Of a stretch of 64,000 nt of DNA, positions 15,890 through 25,648 are shown piece by piece. Below the pieces are notes generated by a model that was not told the origin of the DNA, did no database searches, and worked only from the letters and a program-made list of their open reading frames with translations. The stretch is from the NCBI GenBank assembly GCA_012026785.1, contig VEOW01000115.1, forward strand, positions 3,495-67,494, given 5' to 3'. This DNA comes from Chloroflexota bacterium. GTDB lineage: Bacteria > Chloroflexota > Limnocylindria > Limnocylindrales > CSP1-4. Position 1 is the stretch's first letter. Every line of letters begins with the position of its first letter. The translations under genes and the position numbers were made by a program.

Positions 15890-17800
15890 TCACTCTTCTT
15901 CCTCGGCCGGGCGCCGTCGGCGCATCAGCAGGAAGCCGCCGCCGACGACCGCGATGACCACGAGCGCCCCGACGAGCAGGACCGTCGAGTCGACCCCGCC
16001 GCCGGCGCCCGCTGGCGCCGCGCTCGGCGTCGGGCTGGTGCCAGGCGATTCGCCGGCCGTCGGCGCCGCCGTGGGCGGGCCCTCGGTCGGGACGGCGCTG
16101 GCGTCCTGGAGCAGCATGTAGCCGGGGTAGCCGAAGCCGAACAGCGGCACGCCGGTATCGGGCGGCTGGTTGGTCCAGCCGGTGAACTTGTCGGTCCGCA
16201 TCGCGTGCAGCTCGCTGTCGTAGTACAGGACGTGATAGCAGGCTGCGTCGTAGAACAGCTGCTGCATCTCGTCGACGTACTCCTTGCGGGTCGCCTCGTC
16301 GGTTGCCTGCTGCTGGAGCGTGTTCAGCTCGTCATAGCGAGGATCCGAGTAGAAGCAATCGTTGACCGCCTGGGGGATCTGGTCGGTCGTGAACAGCCCC
16401 AGCAGCGAGTTCGGGTCAGGGTCGCCGCCCCAGCCCCACATGTAGAAGTCCCAATCGGCGTTGTACCCGTCGTCGTACTCGGGCCCCGGCAGGAGTTCGA
16501 GGAGGGCGCCCTCCTCGGTCACCGCGGCGTCGACCCCGATGCCGATCTGCTCGAACCAGCCCTGGATGAACTGGGCGTCGGCGGAGTGGTCTTCCGAGTC
16601 CGGCCAGGTCAGCCGCAGGACGATCGGTTTGCCGTCCTTGTCGACCCGGCGTCCGTCGTCACCGCGCGCGTAGCCGGCGGCGTCGAGGCGCCGATTGGCC
16701 TCGGCGAGGTCGAAGGTTCGCGGGTTGTCGGGCTCGACGTGCCAGTCGACGTGGTACGGCGGGACGTGCGTCGTTCCGGGGACCCCGTGGCCGTTCAGAA
16801 CCCGATCCACCAGCGTCTGCCGATCGATGGCGTATCCAAGGGCGTCGCGGAAGGCCTGGTCCTCGAGAGCCGAGGTGGACCCGCCATAGCCGTCCTCGGT
16901 TGCCCGGGTGTTGAACGACAGGTAGGTATAGCCGTTGGCGTAGCCCTCGGCGACACGGATGTTCGGCTCGGTCGCGAGAGCATCGAACTGGTCGGCCCCG
17001 GTGCCTCGGACGTAGTCGAGCTCGCCCGACCGCAGCGCCTGGACCATGGTGTCCACGCTCTCGAACGTCTGGAAGACGATCTGGTCGGGGACGCCGGGCG
17101 TCCCCCAGTAGTTGGGATTGCGCTCCATCCGGATGGACTCGCCGGGGACCCACTCGACGGCGTGGTACGGCCCGGAGCCGACGACCGGCGGCTCGTTGGC
17201 GAAGTAGCCCTCGGCCGTGGCGTCGCTGATCTCCTGCTGGCTGTACTGCGACCAGATGTGCTCGGGCAGGATCGGGACGTAGGCCTGGGTGAGGAGAGTC
17301 GTTGGATATGAGGTGGTGGCGATCAGGTTCCCGGCGTCGTCGCACTCCACGCTCTCGAGCCCGGCACTGGAGAGATACGGCTCGAGATAGCCTGAGCCGA
17401 CGTAGCCGTCGTCGGACGCCAGCACGTCGAGGACGAACTGGTAGGTGTAGCGGGCGTCCTCGCAGGTCGCCGGCTCACCGTCCGACCACTTCATCCCCTC
17501 GCGGATGTGGAAGGTGTGCGTCTTGCTGTCCGCCGACGTCGACCAGCTGTCGGCGAATCCGGGCGCCGGCTCGAGGTTGATGTCGAAGCTCACCAGCAGC
17601 TCGTACTGGATGCTGAACATCTCGTAGTCGGCATACGTGATCGACTGCCAGGGATTGAGCGTCTCGAGCTTCTGGTCGGTCCCGACCCGCAGCACGAGCT
17701 GGTCCTGGGCCTTGGCCCCACCGGCCATGATCAGCGTTGGGGCGAGCAGCAGCATGGCGGCCAGCATGGGCCGCACGCGGCGAGTCAGTGGTGATCGCAT
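15890..17800 (-). CDS. family-5 (peptide/nickel) ABC substrate-binding protein with N-terminal signal peptide and C-terminal PT-rich linker plus TM anchor
   Basis: Start at MRSPLTRRVRPMLAAMLLLAPTLIMAGGAKA with a GGAGGAGG RBS. SBP_bac_5-like body. C-terminus PTEGPPTAAPTAGESPGTSPTPSAAPAGAGGG, then LLVGALVVIAVVGGGFLLM and RRRRPAEEEE. Confidence 0.85.
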   Translation of the reverse strand: MRSPLTRRVRPMLAAMLLLAPTLIMAGGAKAQDQLVLRVGTDQKLETLNPWQSITYADYEMFSIQYELLVSFDINLEPAPGFADSWSTSADSKTHTFHIREGMKWSDGEPATCEDARYTYQFVLDVLASDDGYVGSGYLEPYLSSAGLESVECDDAGNLIATTSYPTTLLTQAYVPILPEHIWSQYSQQEISDATAEGYFANEPPVVGSGPYHAVEWVPGESIRMERNPNYWGTPGVPDQIVFQTFESVDTMVQALRSGELDYVRGTGADQFDALATEPNIRVAEGYANGYTYLSFNTRATEDGYGGSTSALEDQAFRDALGYAIDRQTLVDRVLNGHGVPGTTHVPPYHVDWHVEPDNPRTFDLAEANRRLDAAGYARGDDGRRVDKDGKPIVLRLTWPDSEDHSADAQFIQGWFEQIGIGVDAAVTEEGALLELLPGPEYDDGYNADWDFYMWGWGGDPDPNSLLGLFTTDQIPQAVNDCFYSDPRYDELNTLQQQATDEATRKEYVDEMQQLFYDAACYHVLYYDSELHAMRTDKFTGWTNQPPDTGVPLFGFGYPGYMLLQDASAVPTEGPPTAAPTAGESPGTSPTPSAAPAGAGGGVDSTVLLVGALVVIAVVGGGFLLMRRRRPAEEEE

Positions 17801-17912
17801 CGATCCTCCTCCAGGGACGCCGGTGTGGGCGCGAGCCCGCAACACGCGCGTCGCGCGACGGCCGCTAGGTTCGCACGCTCGGGGGTGCGAATGCAACCAG
17901 ATCGCGCCGCCC

Positions 17913-19088
17913 TCAGCGGTCCGCGACGAGATTCGCAGTCGAAGCCGCCCGGAGGATCGGTCGATCGCAGCTGAAGAGGCCTTCGCCGGGCGTTTTCGCG
18001 CGTCTGTCGCCGAGGGCGAGGTCAGCGAGGATCCGGCCGAACAGGGCGGCGAACTTGTAGCCATGGGCCGCCCCGAGCGCGACCACCAGGCCCGGCATGC
18101 CCGGGACGCAATCGAGCACGAAGTCCCGGTCGGGCGTCAGGGTGTAGAGGCAGGTCTTCGTTCGAGTCGGGCCGAGGGCGGTCGGGAGGTGCTGCTCGAG
18201 GAAGCCGGCCACGCGGGCGAGACCGTCGGGGTCCGGTTCGAACGATCGTCCGTCGGCCGTCGTCTCGCGGCCGCCGATGTCCTGGCCGACCTTCGGCCCC
18301 CGGCCGCGGTGCGCCGGGAAGCCGTAGAACGACGGCTCGCCGAGCCAGATCCAGATCGGGAAGCGGTCGGGTTCGAAGGCCGCCCGGTCGGTGGCGTCGA
18401 ACCAGGTGACCTGCTCGCGGGTGACCCGCAGCGGGAGGGCGTGACCGAGTGGACCCAGGAGGTCGTTCGTCCAGGCATCGGTGGCCAGGACGACGGCCCC
18501 GGTTTCGAACCGCCGGCCATCGGCCGTCTCGACCGTCAGCTCCCCAGCGGCCTCCTCGCGGATCCCGGTCACCTTGACCCGTTCGAGGAGCTCGGCCCCG
18601 TGCTCGCGCGCCAGCCGCTGGTGGGCCGGGTTGCCGACGCTCGGATCGGCGATTCCGGCAGCCTCCTGGAGCAGCCCGCGAGTGCCGTCGTCGAGGCGCC
18701 ACTGGGGCCAGCGCCGGGCGATGGCGGCGGTATCCAGCCACTCGAACGCGACGCCCGCGGCGGTCATCGCGGCGGCGTAGTCCTCGATGGCCTCGGGCGC
18801 GTCGGGCGGCGCCAGGTCCAGCCCGCCGGTGATCGTCAGGATGCGGTCGCCGGACGCGGCCTCGACCTCGTGCCACGCCGCGAAGGCATCCTTCGCGAGC
18901 TCCACGTACTCGCGCCGGTGGTACGACAGCCGGATGATCCGCGACTCGTCCTGCGACGCGCCGCGGTCGTGACCGAGCTCGAACTGCTCCAGGCCCAGGA
19001 CGCGGGCTCCGCGCTGGGCCAGGCGGTAGGCCGCGGCGCTCCCGATTCCACCGAGACCGATGACGATTGCGTCATAGCTGGTGCTCAC
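17913..19088 (-). CDS. FAD-dependent monomeric sarcosine oxidase / N-methyltryptophan oxidase-like oxidoreductase
   Basis: GTG start with a GGGAG RBS. YDAIVIGLGGIGSAAAYRLA dinucleotide fold and DAO-family body. A Cys near the C-terminus (LFSCDRP) is in the position expected for a covalent flavin. Confidence 0.7.
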   Translation of the reverse strand: MSTSYDAIVIGLGGIGSAAAYRLAQRGARVLGLEQFELGHDRGASQDESRIIRLSYHRREYVELAKDAFAAWHEVEAASGDRILTITGGLDLAPPDAPEAIEDYAAAMTAAGVAFEWLDTAAIARRWPQWRLDDGTRGLLQEAAGIADPSVGNPAHQRLAREHGAELLERVKVTGIREEAAGELTVETADGRRFETGAVVLATDAWTNDLLGPLGHALPLRVTREQVTWFDATDRAAFEPDRFPIWIWLGEPSFYGFPAHRGRGPKVGQDIGGRETTADGRSFEPDPDGLARVAGFLEQHLPTALGPTRTKTCLYTLTPDRDFVLDCVPGMPGLVVALGAAHGYKFAALFGRILADLALGDRRAKTPGEGLFSCDRPILRAASTANLVADR

Positions 19089-19188
19089 GCTCCCGACGAT
19101 AGCCGAGCCGCCGTGCCGCTGCGCCCGGCCGTGAGGCCGCTCAGCCGCGTTGTCGGCGAACGACGACACCCCTCCGTAGACTGCGCTC

Positions 19189-21219
19189 GTGGAGGTTCGC
19201 CGGGATGTCGGCATCATCGCCCGCGACGGCGTGCGGCTGTCGGCCAACCTGTTCCTGCCGGACGCCGTTGCGGACGGCGCGGCCGGGCCCTGGCCGGCGG
19301 TGCTGAACACCGACCCGTACCGGAAGGACGACTGGTCGGCGGGCTGGGACCTGACCCTCGCCTCGTACCTCGCGGAGCGCGGCTATGCGTACTGCCGCAT
19401 GGACGTCCGCGGCACCGGCTCATCCGCGGGGGTCGCGCTCGACGAGTACACCGAGGCCGAGAGCCGCGACGGCTACGACGCGGTCGAATGGCTGGCGGCC
19501 CAGTCATGGTGCAGCGGCGCCGTCGGGATGTGGGGCCTGTCGTACGGCGGCTTCACCTCGCTCCAGGTGGCGACGCTGCGCCCGCCGCACCTCCGCGCGA
19601 TCGTGCCGATCCAGGCCACCGACGACCGCTACACCGACGACGTCCACTACGTCGGCGGGGCGATGACGGTCAGCGAGCTGTCCCAGTACGCGGTCTCGCA
19701 GGTCGCCACGAACGCGATGCCGCCCGATCCGTCGGCGTGGGGCGAGGGCTGGCGCGACCGCTGGCGCGAGCGCCTCGAGGGGACCCCACCGTGGCTCTTC
19801 GAGTGGGCCCGCCAGCAGCGCGACGGACCCTACTGGCGGCGTGGCTCCGTGGCACCCGACTACGGCCGGATCGAGGCCGCCGTGCTCCACTTCGCCGGCT
19901 GGATGGACGAGTACGTCGACGCCGCCCTGCGGATGCAGGCGAAGTGCGTCAACGCCGCGGCCCATCGGACGATCGTCGGGCCGTGGGTCCACGGGCTCCC
20001 GGACCACGCCTACCCGGCGCCGAACATCGACTGGCTCCACGAGCTCGTCCGGTGGTTCGACCGGTGGCTGAAGGGGATCGAGAACGGCGTCGAGGCCGAA
20101 CCCGCGCTGACGTGGTTCGAGCGCGAGTTCACCCGGCCCGCGCGGTTCCCGGCGCGGCTCAACGGGGCCTGGCGGGCGGTGTCCGGGTGGCCGGTGCCGC
20201 AGGACAACCTCGTGTTCGACCTCGAGGGCGGTGCCGAGCCCGGGCGCGGACAGCTGGTTCGCGGGGCGCCAACGGGCGACGGCGAGGACGTGTTCCAGCA
20301 CCAACCGGCGGCCGGAGTGCGGGCGGGCTCGCTGTGCTGGGGCGCCGGGCACCGACCGAACGGCCTGGCGGCCGATCTCCGGCTGGAGGAGCCGAACGGG
20401 CCGGTCTACACGAGCAAGCCGCTCACCGCGCCGCTGGCCGTCCTCGGCGTGCCGACCGCCGCGCTCCACGTGACCTCGTCCGAGCCGATTGCCCACCTCG
20501 TGCTCAGGCTCGGTGACGTCGCCCCGGATGGATCGGTCGAGCAGGTCAGCGAAGGGATCCTGAACCTGGCCCATCGCGAATCGCACGCCGAGCCGGCGCC
20601 GCTCGAGCCGGGCCGGCGCTACGAAGTCCAGGTCGCGTTGCGGGCCGCCGGCTACCGCTTCCTGCCCGGGCACCGGATCCGGCTCAGCGTCGCGAGCGCG
20701 CACTGGCCGGTCATCTGGCCCTCGCCGGGCGCCGCGACGCTCTCGATCGCCCGTGGGCCGGCGGCGCCGGCGCGGCTCGTCCTGCCGCTCGCGCCGACTG
20801 ACGATGCTGTCGTGGCCGCGCCGTCGTTCCGCGACCCGCCGACGGGCCTCCGCGAGTTCGGGAGCGAGGTCAGCGAGCCCGTGCAATGGGAGGTGGTCGA
20901 CGACCCGGTCGCCGCGACCGTGACCGTCCAAACCCGGGAGGCCGCGACGACCACGTTGCCCGACGGCCACTCGACGCTCTACCTCGCCGAGGCACTGACG
21001 ATGTCCGCCTCGGAGCGCGCTCCGGGCGAGGGCCGCTTCGAGAACCGCTGCGACTACCGGCTGCATCGCGACGGCCTCCACGTCGAAGTCACGGCGGATG
21101 GGACGACGATCGCGTCGGCGACCGCCTTCGACTGGCGCGGCGGTCTCCGCGTCGCCGTCGATGGCGAGCCGTTCTTCGAGCGGCAGTGGAACGAGACGAT
21201 CCCGCGCGACCTGCTCTGA
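19189..21219 (+). CDS. CocE/NonD-family hydrolase (X-Pro dipeptidyl-peptidase S15 family)
   Basis: GWSYGG-type nucleophile elbow (MWGLSYGGFTSL), catalytic-domain architecture and a C-terminal beta-sandwich domain. 676 aa. Confidence 0.8.
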   Translation: MEVRRDVGIIARDGVRLSANLFLPDAVADGAAGPWPAVLNTDPYRKDDWSAGWDLTLASYLAERGYAYCRMDVRGTGSSAGVALDEYTEAESRDGYDAVEWLAAQSWCSGAVGMWGLSYGGFTSLQVATLRPPHLRAIVPIQATDDRYTDDVHYVGGAMTVSELSQYAVSQVATNAMPPDPSAWGEGWRDRWRERLEGTPPWLFEWARQQRDGPYWRRGSVAPDYGRIEAAVLHFAGWMDEYVDAALRMQAKCVNAAAHRTIVGPWVHGLPDHAYPAPNIDWLHELVRWFDRWLKGIENGVEAEPALTWFEREFTRPARFPARLNGAWRAVSGWPVPQDNLVFDLEGGAEPGRGQLVRGAPTGDGEDVFQHQPAAGVRAGSLCWGAGHRPNGLAADLRLEEPNGPVYTSKPLTAPLAVLGVPTAALHVTSSEPIAHLVLRLGDVAPDGSVEQVSEGILNLAHRESHAEPAPLEPGRRYEVQVALRAAGYRFLPGHRIRLSVASAHWPVIWPSPGAATLSIARGPAAPARLVLPLAPTDDAVVAAPSFRDPPTGLREFGSEVSEPVQWEVVDDPVAATVTVQTREAATTTLPDGHSTLYLAEALTMSASERAPGEGRFENRCDYRLHRDGLHVEVTADGTTIASATAFDWRGGLRVAVDGEPFFERQWNETIPRDLL

Positions 21220-21477
21220 GCGCTCGCGGCGTGAGGTCCCGGTCACCCGGGAAGGCGCGTCCGGTACCGAGGCGCGGCCCCGCACCAGGCGACGAGCCCG
21301 CACCTGACGCCCGATTCTTCGGCCCAACCCGCTTGCCGTTGCTATCGGCCGACGACTCCAGCGTCCGATGACGCGTCTGTCGCCTGAAGCAGGCCCGTGA
21401 GGCCCGTCGAGGCTGGTCCAGTCGCGGCGCGCCCGTTTCAGGCCAAGAATCGTGCCTCAGATGCACGGTCGTGGGCT

Positions 21478-21515
21478 GGAGAACGAGGAAAACGAGGGGC
21501 CGAGGGGAACGAGGG
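21478..21515. repeat. short tandem repeat: four units of about 9 nt ending in ACGAGG / CCGAGG
   Basis: gaacgagg aaaacgagg ggccgagg ggaacgagg, read directly in the convergent intergenic region. Confidence 0.5.
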
Positions 21516-21520
21516 ATAAC

Positions 21521-23659
21521 TCAGGCGCGAAGGTAGCGGTCGAACCAGGCGAGGATGCGGGTCATCCGATCGATCCGGCGATCCGGCCGGCCCGAGGCCT
21601 GGTAGACGTGGAACTCCTCCGGATAGAGGACGTACTCGACCGTTCGACCCAGCCACCGCAGGGCCACGAACAGCTGCTCATTGTCGGCCGGCGGGCAGCG
21701 CAGGTCCGCCTCGCCCTGGAGGATGAGCAGCGGCGTCCTGACCCGGGCGACGTTGGACAGCGGGCTCTGGCGCCACAGCCGCTCCATGCCCTCGCGATCG
21801 AGCGGCTCGCCGAGCCTGGCGTCGCGCGAGTAGGGCGCGCCGGTGTCGCTGTTGGCCCACGCCGACACCTGGTTCACGACGCCGTTGTCGGTGACCGCCG
21901 CGGCGAAGCGATCGGAGGTGCCCACGAGCCAGTTGACGAGGAACCCGCCGTACGAGAGGCCGAGCAGGCCGACCCGGTCAGGGTCGACGAGGCCGAGCCC
22001 GATCGCGTGTTCGAGCACCGCGTGGACGTCGTCGGCATCCACGCCGCCCCAGTCGCCGAGCTGCGGCGCGATCCAGTCACGGCCGTAGCCGGCCGAGCCA
22101 CGGATGTTCGGCAGCAGCACCCGGTAGCCGGCGGCGCACAGCAGCACGACCTCGATCGATGGCGCCGGCGTCCAGCCACCCAGCGGTCCGCCGTGGATGT
22201 CGATCACCGTCGGTCGGGCGGCGTTCGGAGCGCCGGCGCCCGGGACGTCGGCGGGCGAGGCAATCCAGGTCTCGCTCGGGCCGCCGGGGCCAGGCGCCTC
22301 GACGACCCGCATGACCGGCCACGGGAACCGGTCCCGCCAGCGGCTGCCGAGTCGGGTTCGGACGCGAGGTGCCACCGCCGGCCGGGCCTCGCCAGCGAGC
22401 GGCACCGTGACCAGCTCCATCGGACGATCGCCCACGCATGCCAGCAGGGTGACCCTCGCGTCGGCCGGTGCGTCGGATCGACTCGCGAGCGCGAAGCTGT
22501 AGGTCGCGAGGTCCGTCCCGGTGAGGGGGGCCGGAGGACGGGATGCATGGCCCGTCGCGGGATCGATCTCGAACCGCCAGGGTCCCGACCGCCCGCGGTC
22601 CGTGACGACGGCGACGATCGACCGGTCGTCGAGCCAGGCGGGCGTCGTCCGCGATGAGGCGACCCAGCCGAACAGGTCCGTGTCGGTCCAGTTGCCGAGG
22701 GGCCGGTCGAGCTCGGGCGCGACCGCGCGGGCCGGGCCGCTCCCGTCGGCCGGGCCAACCACGAGACCGGGGCTGGTGTCGTCGAAGGCGTCGGCGTCCT
22801 CGATCCCGACCGCGGCCAGCCAGCGGCCGTCTGGCGACCAGGCGGGGTCATAGGCTCGCCCGCCGAGCGCGAGGACCTCCCTCGGTGGCTCGGGGACCGA
22901 AGCGTTCGCGCGGACCGTCCAGATGGAGGATCTCGGCCGGGTGTCCGCCTCGGGCCGGGGGTCGGCGACGAAGGCGATCCGGCTGCCGTCGGGCGACCAG
23001 GCGAGGCCCGAGACGCCCCAGTCGCCCTCGGTCAACCGAATGGCTGTGGCGCCGCGCCTCGCCTCCACGACGTGGAGGTGGTCCCAGCGGTCGACGTGAC
23101 CGACCTCGTCGAGGCGCCAGTCGATTCGGGTGATGCGCCGAGCGAGCGGCGCCTCGTCGCCGCGGGGCTCGGCGCCGGCGAGGAACCGCGGCGGGGCTGC
23201 CTCGAGGCCGAAGGCCAGCCGCCGAGCGGCGGGCGACCAGGCGATCTCGCCGACCGACCGGCCGCGCGGGGTTCGAACCGGCCACGGGCGGCCGGACCGG
23301 TGCGGCCCCGCCCCCTCGCGAAGCGGGAGCACGAAGACGCGGCTGTCATCGTTCCCGGGGCGCTTGCCGCCGCGCCCAGCGGCCGGCGCAACCACGCGGC
23401 GCCGAAACGCGACCGCCCGCCCGTCCGGCGCGACCCGCGGCCGCGTGTCGCGGACCGAACCGGACGTCAGCTGGATGGGGGCGCGGGGTCCGTCGAGGGG
23501 CACGAGCCACAGGTGGGAGCGGTAGCGGTTGCCATGGACGAACCGGCGGACGACGACCGCGAACGAGCCATCGGCAGCGACGTCGTGCTCCTCCAGCACG
23601 ACCTGGCCTCGAATGACGGCGGCGGGATCGACCCCGCCCGAACCCCTGCGGATCGGCAC
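21521..23659 (-). CDS. S9-family serine peptidase (acylaminoacyl-peptidase / prolyl-oligopeptidase family) with N-terminal beta-propeller
   Basis: GLSYGGFL nucleophile elbow, DNG and C-terminal His region. WD/beta-propeller-like N-terminal repeats (AWSPDG repeated three times). Confidence 0.8.
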   Translation of the reverse strand: MPIRRGSGGVDPAAVIRGQVVLEEHDVAADGSFAVVVRRFVHGNRYRSHLWLVPLDGPRAPIQLTSGSVRDTRPRVAPDGRAVAFRRRVVAPAAGRGGKRPGNDDSRVFVLPLREGAGPHRSGRPWPVRTPRGRSVGEIAWSPAARRLAFGLEAAPPRFLAGAEPRGDEAPLARRITRIDWRLDEVGHVDRWDHLHVVEARRGATAIRLTEGDWGVSGLAWSPDGSRIAFVADPRPEADTRPRSSIWTVRANASVPEPPREVLALGGRAYDPAWSPDGRWLAAVGIEDADAFDDTSPGLVVGPADGSGPARAVAPELDRPLGNWTDTDLFGWVASSRTTPAWLDDRSIVAVVTDRGRSGPWRFEIDPATGHASRPPAPLTGTDLATYSFALASRSDAPADARVTLLACVGDRPMELVTVPLAGEARPAVAPRVRTRLGSRWRDRFPWPVMRVVEAPGPGGPSETWIASPADVPGAGAPNAARPTVIDIHGGPLGGWTPAPSIEVVLLCAAGYRVLLPNIRGSAGYGRDWIAPQLGDWGGVDADDVHAVLEHAIGLGLVDPDRVGLLGLSYGGFLVNWLVGTSDRFAAAVTDNGVVNQVSAWANSDTGAPYSRDARLGEPLDREGMERLWRQSPLSNVARVRTPLLILQGEADLRCPPADNEQLFVALRWLGRTVEYVLYPEEFHVYQASGRPDRRIDRMTRILAWFDRYLRA

Positions 23660-23694
23660 GACGCGCAGGGTAGCCGCGGCGATAGGCTGCGGCC

Positions 23695-24540
23695 ATGGAG
23701 GTCCGGCGGTTCGAGTCGATCGAGGCCTTCCTGGGCCTCGCCGGGCCGTTCCTCGGCGCCCGCGAGGCCGAGCACAACCTCATCTTCGGCATCTGCTCGA
23801 ACGTCCAGGCGAACCCCGGCCTGTACGGGGAGGCGCCGCCCTATCTCGCGACGGTCCTCCATGGCTCGAACGTCGTCGCCGCTGCGGTTCGAACGCCACC
23901 GTGGCGGCTGGTGCTGTCGGAGATCGACCATCCGACGGCGGTCCAGCTGCTGGCGGCCGATCTCGAGGGCGAGCGCCTGCCCGGCGTCCAGGGGCCGGCC
24001 GGGGTCGCGGCCTCGTTTGCCAAGGCCTGGACGCGCCGGACCGGGACCCCCGCTCGGGCCCTCCGGAACCTGCGGGTCTTCCGGCTCACGAAGGTCCCGC
24101 CGCCGGTCCTCGCGCCGGGGCACATGGCCGACGCTTCGGCGGCCGACCGGGACCTCGTTGCGAGGTGGCTTCGGGCGTTCCACGACGAAGCGCTCTCGGA
24201 CAACCCCGAGCAGGACTACGACGACATGGCCGAGCGCTGGATCGCCGGCCAGGGACGGCGGCTCGTGCTGTGGATCGACGGCGGCCGGCCCGTCTCGCTG
24301 ACCGGGATCGGCGGACGCACGCCGAACGGCATCCGGATCGGCCCGGTCTACACGCCACCCGAGCTGCGCGGACGCGGCTACGCCAGCAACCTCGTCGCCG
24401 AGGCGTCTCAGGCCGAGCTCGACGCCGGGCGGCGCTTCGTGTTCCTGTTCACCGACCTGGCGAACCCGACGGCGAACCGGATCTACCAGGCGATCGGCTA
24501 CGAGCCGGTCGGCGACGTCGACGAGTTCGCATTCGACTGA
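23695..24540 (+). CDS. GNAT-family N-acetyltransferase
   Basis: C-terminal acyl-CoA N-acyltransferase motif RGRGYASNLV and FTDLANPTANRIYQAIGY. Confidence 0.65.
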   Translation: MEVRRFESIEAFLGLAGPFLGAREAEHNLIFGICSNVQANPGLYGEAPPYLATVLHGSNVVAAAVRTPPWRLVLSEIDHPTAVQLLAADLEGERLPGVQGPAGVAASFAKAWTRRTGTPARALRNLRVFRLTKVPPPVLAPGHMADASAADRDLVARWLRAFHDEALSDNPEQDYDDMAERWIAGQGRRLVLWIDGGRPVSLTGIGGRTPNGIRIGPVYTPPELRGRGYASNLVAEASQAELDAGRRFVFLFTDLANPTANRIYQAIGYEPVGDVDEFAFD

Positions 24541-24657
24541 CTGCCGGTCGCTACCGGATCGCAACCAACGCTCCACCGCGTCGCCGCCGACGCTGCGTCG
24601 TGCGTGGACCAGACTGCCCCCCAGCGTCCGTGACCTTGCCTCGGAAGGAGGCTCGCC

Positions 24658-24891
24658 ATGTCCCTCGACTTCTCGACGACTTCACTCGGCTCCCGCGCCG
24701 TCCGCGACGGCCAGGCCGCTCCGGTGACCTGTGGCTCCTGTGGCTGCCGCCTGGAGTACGCCGGCCCGAGCGGCACCGCGGCCTGGTTCCACTACGGCCG
24801 GATGGGCGGCCGGGATGCCCGCGGCTGTCGGGTCGCCTGCATCGATGCGCCCCACGACGCCCACGGGAGGCCGCCGGCCATCCCGGCCTGA
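24658..24891 (+). CDS. small Cys-rich hypothetical protein (77 aa)
   Basis: Strong RBS GGAAGGAGG 8 nt upstream of the ATG. Cys pattern C-x2-C-x-C ... C-x3-C. Confidence 0.35.
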   Translation: MSLDFSTTSLGSRAVRDGQAAPVTCGSCGCRLEYAGPSGTAAWFHYGRMGGRDARGCRVACIDAPHDAHGRPPAIPA

Positions 24892-24906
24892 CCTGGCGCG
24901 CCCGCG

Positions 24907-25638
24907 TCAGGTCTCCTCGTCGACCTCGATGCGATAGCCAACCCCGCGGATCGCGACGATCGCGGGGCCACCCGCGTCGTCGACCTTCCGGCGGAGCCGC
25001 GCGAGGTGCGGCTTCAGCCATAGCGGGTCTGGATCGGCCTCGGCCGGCCAGCCCGCGCGCGCGAGGCGGAGGTGGGGGACGAGGGCGCCGCCGGCGCGGA
25101 CGAGGACCTCCAGGAGGCGATACTCGGTCGGGGTCAGCGACAGCCGCCGGTCCTCGACGCGGGTTTCGTGGCGCCCGGGATCGAGCGCCAGGTTGCCGAT
25201 CTCGAGGAGGTTGCTCGTGGCCGAGGCTGGCGTCGCCGCCAGTCCACCGACGGCCCGCTCGGCCCGGCGCATGACGGCCCCGATTCGGGCCAGCAGCTCG
25301 GCTCGCCCGAACGGCTTGACGAGGTAGTCGTCGGCCCCGATGGCGAAGGCCCGGACCTTGGCCTCCTCGGCGCTCTCGCCGGTCACGACGACGATCGGGG
25401 CCTCGCCCTCGGCCCGGATCTGGCCGGCAACGGTGAAACCGTCGGGGCCGGGCATCGCAAGGTCGAGGAGGACGAGGTCGGGCCGCTCCTCTCGGAACCG
25501 ACGGACGGCCGTCAGGCCGTCGTAGGCGGTGATGACCTGGTGGCCCTCGGTGCCGACGAGGGCGGTGATGGCACCGACCATGGCCGGATCGTCGTCGACG
25601 ACGAGGATCCGCAGCGGGCGTGTGGCGACCACCCTCAC
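24907..25638 (-). CDS. OmpR-family response regulator
   Basis: Receiver domain (LVVDDDP, phospho-acceptor D in LVLLDLAMP) and a C-terminal winged-helix (IAIRGVGYRI). Confidence 0.85.
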   Translation of the reverse strand: MRVVATRPLRILVVDDDPAMVGAITALVGTEGHQVITAYDGLTAVRRFREERPDLVLLDLAMPGPDGFTVAGQIRAEGEAPIVVVTGESAEEAKVRAFAIGADDYLVKPFGRAELLARIGAVMRRAERAVGGLAATPASATSNLLEIGNLALDPGRHETRVEDRRLSLTPTEYRLLEVLVRAGGALVPHLRLARAGWPAEADPDPLWLKPHLARLRRKVDDAGGPAIVAIRGVGYRIEVDEET

Positions 25639-25648
25639 GCTCCCATCC

